Source: Alphaproteobacteria bacterium
GTDB lineage: Bacteria; Pseudomonadota; Alphaproteobacteria; RF32; CAG-239
NCBI GenBank assembly: GCA_017475935.1
Contig: JAFVEP010000054.1
Coordinates: 1 to 51,596, forward strand
DNA length: 51,596 nucleotides
Direction: 5' to 3'
Position 1 is the stretch's first letter; every line of letters begins with the position of its first letter. A program made the position numbers and the translations under genes. The notes under the pieces were generated by a model that worked only from the letters and a program-made list of their open reading frames with translations, was not told where the DNA came from and searched no databases. This document shows, piece by piece, positions 1-8,418 of the stretch.

Positions 1-57
1 ACAACTCTTTTCAACAATCGTCTTCTTTCGCTATGCGCCGGAGATGCGCCGACTTTT

Positions 58-720
58 TTGAGCGCCGTGTACAACAGAGGTACACAAGCGAAAAAAAGAC
101 AAGCAGATGTGCCTCAATGCGGCCGCAGTATGATTGAGATGTTAGGCGTGCTGGCTATAATCGGCGTCCTGACCGTCGGCTCAATCACCGGCTATTCTCA
201 TGCCATGCGCCGCCACCTTTTGAACAAACAGCGCGAGCAAATCAGCACTATTTTGGCTACCATTGAAACGCAGTATGGCGCACTCTCCGCCAGCATGTCC
301 GATATTCAAGCAGGAGGCAATACACATGTTTTTAAGAATCTCGGATGGATACCTGAAGACATGATCAGAGAAGATAATACATTTGTTTATGACATTTTCA
401 AAAATAGAGCCATCTTCTGGATAAATCGATACACAACATCCACTTTTTTGGGCTTTTACATTTACCTCAACAATGGCAATGCCTTTGAACAATGCGTCAA
501 TTTGTACCAAACAGCCATGTCCTTTCATTCTTCTTTGTGGATGCTAAACATCCACCATGACGACGGGGGTACAGGCGGAAAAAATGGCGATAGAAATTGC
601 CTTGTTAATAATCCTTCTTGTTTACGAAATTCAACTCCTTCCGATATTGCAAAAATATGCCAAAAATGTAAAGATAACAACAGATGTAATATCTATTACT
701 TCTGGCATTTTGAGCGCTAA
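58..720 (+). CDS. Type IV pilin-like protein (prepilin-type N-terminal helix), paralog A
   Basis: Residues GRSMIEMLGVLAIIGVLTVGSITGYSHAM form a prepilin-like hydrophobic N-terminus with Gly at -1 and Glu at +5. This stretch is nearly identical to the N-terminus of ORF 22390..23085. The C-terminus is divergent and Cys-rich. The start is unresolved: the frame is open back to window position 1, no ATG or clear SD lies upstream of the Gly, and GTG at 109 is a candidate. Confidence 0.6.
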   Translation: MSAVYNRGTQAKKRQADVPQCGRSMIEMLGVLAIIGVLTVGSITGYSHAMRRHLLNKQREQISTILATIETQYGALSASMSDIQAGGNTHVFKNLGWIPEDMIREDNTFVYDIFKNRAIFWINRYTTSTFLGFYIYLNNGNAFEQCVNLYQTAMSFHSSLWMLNIHHDDGGTGGKNGDRNCLVNNPSCLRNSTPSDIAKICQKCKDNNRCNIYYFWHFER

Positions 721-772
721 AAAATACCTTATGAAAAACTCACAACCTCGTTAACAAATTTCCGAGATAAAA

Positions 773-930
773 ATAACACCATCTCTTTCGCGGCGTTGCG
801 CGTCCGCGAATCAAGGGATCCCATCTTTGCGCAGCACTATATCTATAAAAATATTGTCATTCCTGCACCTGCACGCCGTGTCAGGTGCTCAAGGAATCTA
901 ACCTTTGCGCAGCGCTATATCTATAAAAAG
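773..930 (+). repeat. Two tandem ~78-bp palindromic repeat units (same family as 21967..22188)
   Basis: Each unit has a 7-bp stem, a 10-nt loop, then a conserved box TCAAGGRATCYNAYCTTTGCGCAGCRCTATATCTATAAAAA. Stems are TTCGCGG/CCGCGAA (787-793/804-810) and GCACCTG/CAGGTGC (865-871/882-888). The CTTTGCGCAGC boxes lie at 825-835 and 903-913. Confidence 0.8.
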
Positions 931-988
931 TGTTACCCTCCCTTTTATGACACGTCTTTTTTTAAAAGCCGTCTTTTGGAAATAAAAA

Positions 989-1021
989 ACAGCGTCAAGC
1001 AAACCGACGCCGTTTTTTTTA
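989..1021. terminator. Candidate bidirectional rho-independent terminator
   Basis: ACAGCGTC (989-996) pairs with GACGCCGT (1006-1013) with one mismatch. A T8 run follows on the + strand and an A-run precedes it. It lies between the repeat array and the convergent histidine kinase gene. Confidence 0.5.
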
Positions 1022-1076
1022 AGTCTGCGGCCTTTACCACGAAAACGAACTTTTGCGGATATGCCGACTCAAGCGA

Positions 1077-2432
1077 CTATAAGGGAAGACTGATGAGAAC
1101 TCTCAAACCTCCCAAATCACTGTCTGATAATTGAATAGATCCGCCGTGCGAAACAATAACGTCTTTGGCAATGGCCAATCCCAAACCGACACCGCCGGTC
1201 TTTTTATTACGTGATCCTTCGACACGGTAAAAGGCCTTAAACACTTCTTCGCGTTTATCTTCAGGAATCCCCGGACCATCATCATCAACCGTCAATTCCA
1301 AGCGTTTTTCATCACTTTCCAACTTAACGGCTATCGTTTCACCGTAATGAAAAGCATTTTCAATCACGTTCGTCACAGCACGACGCAGAGCCTGTTCACG
1401 GCCTTGGACGGCACTCACGTCATAGTTTGTCGAATAGCGAATCATCGCCTTTGAATTTTTGCGATATTTGTTAATGATACTGCTGACCATTTCATTCATA
1501 TCTACAAAGGTCGGTTTTTCGCCGCCCTCACCGCTGACATAAGCCAAATAGCCGTCGAGCATTTTTTCCATTTCATCAATATCTTGTACAAATTCCCGAT
1601 TTTCTTTATTATCCGGCATCATAGCCATCTGCAATTTCATACGCGTCAGCGGTGTGCGTAAATCATGCGAAACACCAGCGAGCATTTGAGTTTTTTCGGA
1701 AATCTGACGTAAAATTCTCTCTTTCATTTTCGTGAAAGCCAATCCGGCACGGCGCACTTCAATTGAACCATACGGCTTAAATTTCGTATTGATACCTTTA
1801 CCGAAATCTTCGGCCGCCTGTGCCAACTGTGTAATCGAGCGCACCTGAACGCGCAGAAACAGCACCGCAACAACAAACAATAAAAGCGAAGTACCGATCA
1901 TCCATAAAACGAATCCGAACACCGATGAGCTGAAAATATTTTTCACCGGCGTATTAAATTCATACAGACCGTTGTTTGTATCAACCAAAATACTTAGGTT
2001 GGAATGATGCTGATTGATAAAGACTTCGCTGTTGGCCATCGGAAATTGTTTATGCAGAGCCTCAACCAAAAAACCGGTCACAAAAGGACTGTCCTTTTTG
2101 CTTTCTTTCCATATAGTATGTTTTGTTTCGTTGTCATAGTACGAAACTTTAAGACCATATAAACTGGAAGCCATTTCTTTAACGTGCTCAAAATTTGTTG
2201 TTTCGTTATCCATCTGAATCACAAAAGCCATATTTTGCGCCAAATTTTCCGACAGCCGACGGCCGACTTTTTTCCAGCTTCCGTCAAAAAAGGCATAAAT
2301 CGATACGACCTGCACGACAATCAGCGGAATAAAAATCAACAGCATTGTTCTGAAAAACAATGATTTCGGTAAAAATTTGCGTCTGAAATAAGCCAAACTT
2401 TTTTCTATTTTCTGCGGAAATTTAATATGCAT
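1077..2432 (-). CDS. EnvZ-like two-component sensor histidine kinase
   Basis: 451 aa with two N-terminal TM segments and an H-box SHDLRTPLTRMKL. G-boxes are DDDGPGIP and GGVGLGLAIAKD. GGAGA SD lies before the ATG at 2432. It sits 9 nt downstream of an OmpR-type regulator gene. Confidence 0.85.
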   Translation of the reverse strand: MHIKFPQKIEKSLAYFRRKFLPKSLFFRTMLLIFIPLIVVQVVSIYAFFDGSWKKVGRRLSENLAQNMAFVIQMDNETTNFEHVKEMASSLYGLKVSYYDNETKHTIWKESKKDSPFVTGFLVEALHKQFPMANSEVFINQHHSNLSILVDTNNGLYEFNTPVKNIFSSSVFGFVLWMIGTSLLLFVVAVLFLRVQVRSITQLAQAAEDFGKGINTKFKPYGSIEVRRAGLAFTKMKERILRQISEKTQMLAGVSHDLRTPLTRMKLQMAMMPDNKENREFVQDIDEMEKMLDGYLAYVSGEGGEKPTFVDMNEMVSSIINKYRKNSKAMIRYSTNYDVSAVQGREQALRRAVTNVIENAFHYGETIAVKLESDEKRLELTVDDDGPGIPEDKREEVFKAFYRVEGSRNKKTGGVGLGLAIAKDVIVSHGGSIQLSDSDLGGLRVLISLPL

Positions 2433-2441
2433 CTTTTTCTC

Positions 2442-3131
2442 CTATTCAGTTAGTAACATATACCCTTTACTGCGCACCGTTTGCAAATAGCGCGGATTTT
2501 TAGAATCGGCCTCAATTTTCTTTCTCAAGCGCGTAATCTGCACGTCAATAGAGCGCGGATTTTGTCCGGCCCCCAGCAGTTCAGCCAATTTCTCACGCGT
2601 AAAAATCTGGCCTGTTTTGGCTCCCAATATGCTCAAAATCTGCTGTTCTACCGGTGTTAAATGAACAACACCGGCCGCTTGATGACGAAATTCCTTAGTA
2701 CTCATATCGTAGGTGCAGTTTCCCATGCGTAAAATCTGTGTACGCGCATGATCTTTTTTCGGCACACGTTTCAAAACATTCTGTATACGCAACACCAATT
2801 CTTTCGGTTCAAACGGTTTGGGCAGATAGTCATCGGCACCGGCCTCCAGCCCGACAATACGATCCTGCGTTTCCCCCATAGCCGTCAGAATAATCGCCGG
2901 AACATCGCTTTCCTGACGCAGTTTTTGCAAAAATTCAATACCGGTTTCATTCGGCATCATCACATCAACAATCAACAAATCCACCGCATATTGCTGCAAA
3001 AACATCCGCGCATTTTCCGCGTCGCAAGCACCGGTGACAGCAAAACCGTTTTCTTGCAAATACCGAAGCAAGAGCGAACGCAATCGATCATCGTCATCCA
3101 CAACCAGAATATGTGCGCAATCCGTTACCAT
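2442..3131 (-). CDS. OmpR-family response regulator
   Basis: 229 aa. Receiver domain motifs ILVVDDD, LIVDVMMP and KPF are present. The C-terminus is a winged-helix (RLRKKIE...YLQTVRSKGY). Confidence 0.9.
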   Translation of the reverse strand: MVTDCAHILVVDDDDRLRSLLLRYLQENGFAVTGACDAENARMFLQQYAVDLLIVDVMMPNETGIEFLQKLRQESDVPAIILTAMGETQDRIVGLEAGADDYLPKPFEPKELVLRIQNVLKRVPKKDHARTQILRMGNCTYDMSTKEFRHQAAGVVHLTPVEQQILSILGAKTGQIFTREKLAELLGAGQNPRSIDVQITRLRKKIEADSKNPRYLQTVRSKGYMLLTE

Positions 3132-3143
3132 ACTGCGCTACAC

Positions 3144-3917
3144 CTATGCTTTGGCGGTTTTACTTATTTTTGCCGTTTTCTTTTTCGGCGCCGTTTTTTT
3201 CTTCACGGTTTTCTTTGCTGTCGATGTTTTTTTAACAGCAACCGTTTTCGGTGCGGCATTTTTAACAATCAATTTTTTTGCGGCATTCGTTTTGTTTTTC
3301 GCTATTGTTTCAGCAGTCGTTGATTTATTTTTCTTTTCTTCGGCTTTTACATATTCCAAACTTTTCTGGTAATACTGATATCCGGTAATAAAGGTCAAAA
3401 CCGCGGCAACCCAGAGCAAAAATTCGCCTAAATACCCCCAAAACATTGAAAGCTGGCAAAACAGCATCATGGATAACGCAGTCATCTGAAAACCCGTTTT
3501 CCACTTAGCCAGTTTTGTCACCGGAAGACCGACATTAACTTCACGCAAAAACTCACGTAATCCGGAAACCAAAATTTCGCGGCACAAAATCACAAAAATT
3601 GGAATAACCGTCAAGCCGAACGAATACATCGGTGTTTCCACACCGCTTTCGGGATGAACATATTTTTTAGCCACAATCACAATCAGCGCCGTTGCCACCA
3701 AAAGTTTATCCGCAATCGGATCAAGCAACTGACCGAAAACAGATGTTTCATTCCAAGCGCGCGCCAAATAGCCGTCCAAATAATCTGTTATGGAAGCGGC
3801 CACAAACAAAATTCCCGCCAGCATTGCCCATACAAAAGATGTGAAATAAATCGACATGAAAATAAACGGGATAACCGCAATGCGGGATATCGTCAAGATA
3901 TTCGGTAAATTATACAC
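3144..3917 (-). CDS. pgsA: CDP-diacylglycerol--glycerol-3-phosphate 3-phosphatidyltransferase with a Lys/Ala/Thr-rich C-terminal tail
   Basis: CDP-alcohol phosphatidyltransferase motif DYLDGYLAR...G..LDPIADK plus multiple TM helices. GTG start with a G-rich SD. The last 67 aa form a low-complexity basic tail. Confidence 0.85.
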   Translation of the reverse strand: MYNLPNILTISRIAVIPFIFMSIYFTSFVWAMLAGILFVAASITDYLDGYLARAWNETSVFGQLLDPIADKLLVATALIVIVAKKYVHPESGVETPMYSFGLTVIPIFVILCREILVSGLREFLREVNVGLPVTKLAKWKTGFQMTALSMMLFCQLSMFWGYLGEFLLWVAAVLTFITGYQYYQKSLEYVKAEEKKNKSTTAETIAKNKTNAAKKLIVKNAAPKTVAVKKTSTAKKTVKKKTAPKKKTAKISKTAKA

Positions 3918-3977
3918 GAGAGCCCCCTGTCAATAAAGTCATTAACGTTAATACAAAAGCAGTATAACGTTATTTTT

Positions 3978-5783
3978 TCAATTATGAAAGTACTTATATA
4001 TTTTTTCCGCTATTTTTTTACTTATACCCTCGACTTTCATCAAATCACCGAGTGAAGCAGATTTAATTTGTTCCACCGAGCCGAAAAAATTCAGCAAATC
4101 TCTTTTGCGTTTAGCGCCTATTCCCTCAATGTCATCAATTTGCGATTTAAACACAGATTTTTCGCGTTTTTTCCGATGTGTTCCGATGGCAAAACGATGC
4201 GCCTCATCGCGTATATTTTGCATATAGAAGGCAAGCGGCGACTGAAATTCAAGGGCAAAGCTTTCGCGTCCCAAAACATGATAAAATTCCTTACCGGCAT
4301 TACGTTCCGGCCCTTTTGAAATGGCAATAATCGTTATATTTCGTAAATCATATTCAGCCAATGCCTGATGCACTGCATGCAATTGCCCCAAACCACCATC
4401 AAGCAAAATCACATCAGGTCTGTTTTCGGCACTCATATGCTCAAAGCGGCGCATTAAAACCTCTTTCATCATGGCAAAATCATCATGCGTATTTTCCGTA
4501 TATTTTATATTAAATGTTCGGTACGATTTTTTATCAAAACCCGACGGCGTTGCCACAATCATGGCTCCGACGGCAAAGCTCCCCTGATTGTGTGAATTAT
4601 CATAGACTTCTATACGCTGAGGTATTTTCGGCAAGCAAAACACTTTCTGCATCTCCGTTAAATTGGCCTGTACGGAAGCCGTTTCCGCCAATTTACGCTT
4701 AATTGCCGCCGCCGCATTATTTTGCGCCTGAAGTAAAATTTTTGCCTTATTGCCTTTTTGAAAAAAGCGAATGGAAGCGCCGATGGCTTTTTCCAAAAAA
4801 GACCGATTTTCGATTTCATGTGAAACAATAATTTCTTTCGGCGGAACATGTTCGGCATAAAAAGAGCTCAAAAAAGCTTCCAAAACTTCTGCTTCCGACA
4901 AGCCGTCAACATGTCTGGGAAAAAAAGGAATGTTGCCGCAGTTCTGCCCGTTACGCACCAAAAAAACTTGTATGCAAACCATATTTTCCTGTTTCACCGC
5001 GGCGATCACATCAACCGATTTCCAATCGGCATATTCCACATTAAAACCGCCCTGCACGCTGCTCAATGCGCGGATTTTATCGCGGATAACCAAAGCCGTC
5101 TCATAATCCTGACGTTCGCTGGCCTCTTGCATCTGCATGGCCAATTCTTCACGCAATTTTGTATTTTTGCCCTCTAAAAACAAAATAACTTCTTCAACGG
5201 ATTGATGATAGTCCTGCGGACTGATTTTGCCCACGCACGGCGCACTGCAGCGTTTAATTTGATAGAGCATACACGGACGCTCACGATGATAAAGCATACT
5301 GTCCCGACAACTGCGCAACAAAAAAGTTTTCTGCACCGTATCCATCACGGCATTAACCGCGCCGGCACTGGCATACGGTCCGAAATATTTAAACTTTTTT
5401 TCTCGTTGTCCGCGGCTTTTACGCAAGGCCGGAAATTCTTCGTGCGGATTAATCATCAGATGCGGAAAAGTTTTATCATCTTTGAGCAAAATATTATATT
5501 TCGGCTCTAATTTTTTAATCAAATCGTTTTCCATCAAAAGCGCTTTGGCTTCGTTTTCAACGATGATAAATTCCATGCGATCCACTTCGGCGACCATCCG
5601 TTTGATATGATCAGCAAGCCGATCGAAATGCGTATAAGCGACAATGCGTTTTTTGATATTTTTGGCCTTGCCGACATACAAAACTTTGCCGTTTTTATCC
5701 AGCATACGATAAACACCCGGATTATCCGGCGCTATTTTAACATTGGCGCGTATAACCTCAATACCATGCTTAATATCAGCCAT
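3978..5783 (-). CDS. uvrC: Excinuclease ABC subunit C
   Basis: 601 aa. N-terminal GIY-YIG (PGVYRMLDKNGKVLYVGKAKNIKKR), a UVR-like region and a C-terminal HhH (GIGAKRKRDLLNFFGS). Confidence 0.95.
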   Translation of the reverse strand: MADIKHGIEVIRANVKIAPDNPGVYRMLDKNGKVLYVGKAKNIKKRIVAYTHFDRLADHIKRMVAEVDRMEFIIVENEAKALLMENDLIKKLEPKYNILLKDDKTFPHLMINPHEEFPALRKSRGQREKKFKYFGPYASAGAVNAVMDTVQKTFLLRSCRDSMLYHRERPCMLYQIKRCSAPCVGKISPQDYHQSVEEVILFLEGKNTKLREELAMQMQEASERQDYETALVIRDKIRALSSVQGGFNVEYADWKSVDVIAAVKQENMVCIQVFLVRNGQNCGNIPFFPRHVDGLSEAEVLEAFLSSFYAEHVPPKEIIVSHEIENRSFLEKAIGASIRFFQKGNKAKILLQAQNNAAAAIKRKLAETASVQANLTEMQKVFCLPKIPQRIEVYDNSHNQGSFAVGAMIVATPSGFDKKSYRTFNIKYTENTHDDFAMMKEVLMRRFEHMSAENRPDVILLDGGLGQLHAVHQALAEYDLRNITIIAISKGPERNAGKEFYHVLGRESFALEFQSPLAFYMQNIRDEAHRFAIGTHRKKREKSVFKSQIDDIEGIGAKRKRDLLNFFGSVEQIKSASLGDLMKVEGISKKIAEKIYKYFHN

Positions 5784-5784
5784 A

Positions 5785-7452
5785 TCAGCCTTTCAACAAA
5801 ACATTAGCAGCGGCTCGCGCTTCATCGGAAATTTTTTCACCGGAAAGCATGCGCGCAATTTCTTCCAATTTTTCACTTTGATCCAACAAGCGAACAAAGG
5901 TTTTTGTATTTTCACCGTCAACCATTTTTTCGACTTTATAGTGCGCCGATGCGCAGGAAGCCACTTGCGGCGAATGTGTCACCACCAAAACCTGAACATT
6001 TTGACCGAGTTTCGCCAATTTTTCGCCGACCGCTGTTGCCGTTGCGCCGCCGATACCGCTATCTACCTCGTCGAAGATCATGGTTTCCACCTGAGAACTT
6101 TGCGCCAAATTAACTTTTAAGGCAAGCATAAAACGAGCCAATTCACCGCCGGAAGCAATTTTATTCAGCGGACCGAACTCACTGCCGATATTGGTCGCCA
6201 CCACAAAATTCACCTCGTCAGTCCCATCCTCATCCCATGAATCAGCGTTTTTTTCCGTAATTTGCGTCATAAAACGGGCTTTTTCCATTTTCAACGCCGG
6301 CAATTCGCGCATAACGGCTTCATCTAATTTTGCGGCCGTCAATTGACGTTGCCGGCTCAGCATGCGTGCACAGGTTTCGTATTCTTCCCGACACTGTTTT
6401 TCTCTCTGGCGCAATGCCTGCAAATCGTCCGCACCGAATTCAATCTGCGCAACATCTTCTTTCATTTGCCGCCACACATTCGGCAATTCATCGACCGTTG
6501 TGTTATGTTTACGAGCCAAAGATTTCAGAATAAAGAGTCTTTGCTCTATATTATTCAGATCTTCCTGATCCACTTGAATTTCCCGTGAGGCATGATCAAT
6601 TTCATTCATTGCTTCTTCGGTATTAATCAACGCCACATCAATAATTTGATAGATATCGGCAAAGCGTTTATTGGTCAGCGCGTTAACTTTGGCCATATGC
6701 GCCTGCGCGCCGCGCAAGCAATCGCGCACACTTTGATTTGTGCCGTTTAAGGCCTGATATGCGCCATCCAAATTCTCCAATATTTTTTCGGCATTCATCA
6801 TCTGCCGACGTTTATCTTCCAGATTTTCGAGTTCACCTTTCTGCGGTTTAACTTTTTCGAATTCTGCTAGCCAGTGGTGCAAATTTTCCAAATTTTTTTG
6901 TGCCGCTTCAAGACGATTTTCAAGTTCAGCTCTTGCCTTTTCAGCTTTTTTCAAGGCCGTAAATTTTTCTTTCACCTCATTTTTTAAATTCAGCAAATGC
7001 CCATATTCATCAAGCACTTTTTGATGTGTTTGTACATTAAGCAACCCCTGATTATCAAATTGCCCGTGAATTTCGATCAAATGCGCGCCTATTTCCTTGA
7101 GTAACTTTTGCGTAATCGGCTGATCATTAAAGAAAATTTTTCCTTTACCATCTCTGTCCAAGGATCTTTTGATGATCACTTCGTGGTCATACTCAAGGTC
7201 ATATTGCCGGCATAACTCACGAATCGAACCATCTGCATCATCAACGGCAAAGCTGGCACAAACCGTCAGTTTATCGCAATCTTTTCTGATTTTATCCGTC
7301 TCGGCACGCCGGCCGAGAACCAAACCGACAGAATCAAGCAAAATGGATTTTCCGGCACCTGTTTCGCCGCTTAATACGCTGAATCCGCCATCAAAATCCA
7401 CGTCCAGTTTATCAATCAAAACAACATTTCGAATTGATAGGGATTTGAGCAT
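5785..7452 (-). CDS. recN: DNA repair protein RecN
   Basis: 555 aa. Walker A GETGAGKS, a long coiled-coil centre, the SMC signature SGGELARFMLALK and Walker B MIFDEVDSGIGG. Confidence 0.95.
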   Translation of the reverse strand: MLKSLSIRNVVLIDKLDVDFDGGFSVLSGETGAGKSILLDSVGLVLGRRAETDKIRKDCDKLTVCASFAVDDADGSIRELCRQYDLEYDHEVIIKRSLDRDGKGKIFFNDQPITQKLLKEIGAHLIEIHGQFDNQGLLNVQTHQKVLDEYGHLLNLKNEVKEKFTALKKAEKARAELENRLEAAQKNLENLHHWLAEFEKVKPQKGELENLEDKRRQMMNAEKILENLDGAYQALNGTNQSVRDCLRGAQAHMAKVNALTNKRFADIYQIIDVALINTEEAMNEIDHASREIQVDQEDLNNIEQRLFILKSLARKHNTTVDELPNVWRQMKEDVAQIEFGADDLQALRQREKQCREEYETCARMLSRQRQLTAAKLDEAVMRELPALKMEKARFMTQITEKNADSWDEDGTDEVNFVVATNIGSEFGPLNKIASGGELARFMLALKVNLAQSSQVETMIFDEVDSGIGGATATAVGEKLAKLGQNVQVLVVTHSPQVASCASAHYKVEKMVDGENTKTFVRLLDQSEKLEEIARMLSGEKISDEARAAANVLLKG

Positions 7453-8417
7453 TACTCATCGCCTTCCCAGCCAAAGAATCCCAAGAGAGTTGATTTTTTT
7501 TCTTCTGACGATACGTTTTTTTCTTCGACAACTGTCGTTTTTTTTGTATCATCGCCCCATTTGAAAATATTCCACCATGGTTTTTTCTCTGCTGACTGCG
7601 TATCGTCCTGCCCGCGCACGGCCTTATCTCCCTCATCTTTAACCGGCGCCGGCGCAATTTTTTTATCTGCATTCGCTTGGTTGATTTTCTGCATAATGTT
7701 TTCCGCTTTGGCTGTCCATTTTCCGTCCGGATAGTTCTGCTTAAGGATTTTATAGTAGCCGTCTGCATATTTATTCATGCCGAAAATGGCATAAATTTCA
7801 ATTTCGCGATACAATGCTTCTTCAATTTGAATTGTTGTCTGGTAATTTTCCAAAACAACATTGAAGCGATTAAGTGCCGAAAGATAGTTATGATTTTTCA
7901 AATAAAAGCGACCGATAATCATTTCCTGTCCGGCACGATAGTCTTCGGTTAAATTGATTTTCTGGCGTGCATCATCCGCATATTTGCTGTCTGGATATAA
8001 GGCAATCAACCGACGAAAAGTTTCTTCCGCTTTTTGTGTATCGCCCTGATCTTTATCCGCCGCCGAAATCTGATCATAGTAACAAATACCTTTCAAATAG
8101 TACGCATACGGCGCATCTTTATTTCCCGGATGATATTGAATAAAGCGATCTGCGGCCAAAATGGCATCATCATATTTTTCGTCTTTGTAATAAGCATAAG
8201 CCCCCATCAATTTTGCTTTAACCGCCCATTTTGAATAAGGATGATCTGTTTCCAATTTTTCGAATCCTTCGGCCGCTTTTTTGTAACGAGTTTTTTCCAA
8301 ATCTTCAAAAGCCTGATTATACAATTCTTCCGCCGACATATTGTCCATGGCTGTTTTATCCGATGCACAAGCCGGCAACAACAAAATCAAGCATAAAAGC
8401 ATATATATTTTTTTCAT
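7452..8417 (-). CDS. bamD: Outer membrane protein assembly factor BamD (ComL/YfiO family) with a C-terminal extension
   Basis: Lipoprotein signal MKKIYMLLCLILLLPAC followed by TPR-like repeats. It occupies the lpxC-bamD-recN position. Its stop overlaps the recN start (TAATG). Confidence 0.8.
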   Translation of the reverse strand: MKKIYMLLCLILLLPACASDKTAMDNMSAEELYNQAFEDLEKTRYKKAAEGFEKLETDHPYSKWAVKAKLMGAYAYYKDEKYDDAILAADRFIQYHPGNKDAPYAYYLKGICYYDQISAADKDQGDTQKAEETFRRLIALYPDSKYADDARQKINLTEDYRAGQEMIIGRFYLKNHNYLSALNRFNVVLENYQTTIQIEEALYREIEIYAIFGMNKYADGYYKILKQNYPDGKWTAKAENIMQKINQANADKKIAPAPVKDEGDKAVRGQDDTQSAEKKPWWNIFKWGDDTKKTTVVEEKNVSSEEKKSTLLGFFGWEGDE

Positions 8418-8418
8418 T

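Noticed and set aside
1-57. Direct repeat ATGCGCCG..ATGCGCCG and weak similarity to the CTTTGCGC box at the window start, considered as a truncated copy of the palindromic repeat family upstream of pilin A.
   Set aside because: The similarity is too short and gapped to distinguish from chance. The region is cut by the window edge and lies in an open reading frame continuous with pilin A.
796-1134. Track ORFs running through the repeat arrays (796..1134, 21962..22189, 21967..22245) that yield recurring peptides such as SRDPIFAQHYIYK and SRNPIFAQHHIF.
   Set aside because: The recurrence comes from nucleotide-level repeat conservation. The variable parts are the compensating hairpin stems, a pattern expected for structured non-coding elements rather than proteins. 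No SD or sensible start is present.
2748-3372. Long antisense ORFs opposite well-supported genes, for example 2748..3323 and 3034..3372 (+), 22465..22890 (-), 30334..30873 (-), 11067..11489 (-) and 25166..25525 (+).
   Set aside because: They lie entirely within genes with strong family motifs on the other strand, lack SD sequences, and have skewed compositions. The Phe-rich frames, for instance, mirror the Lys-rich pgsA tail.
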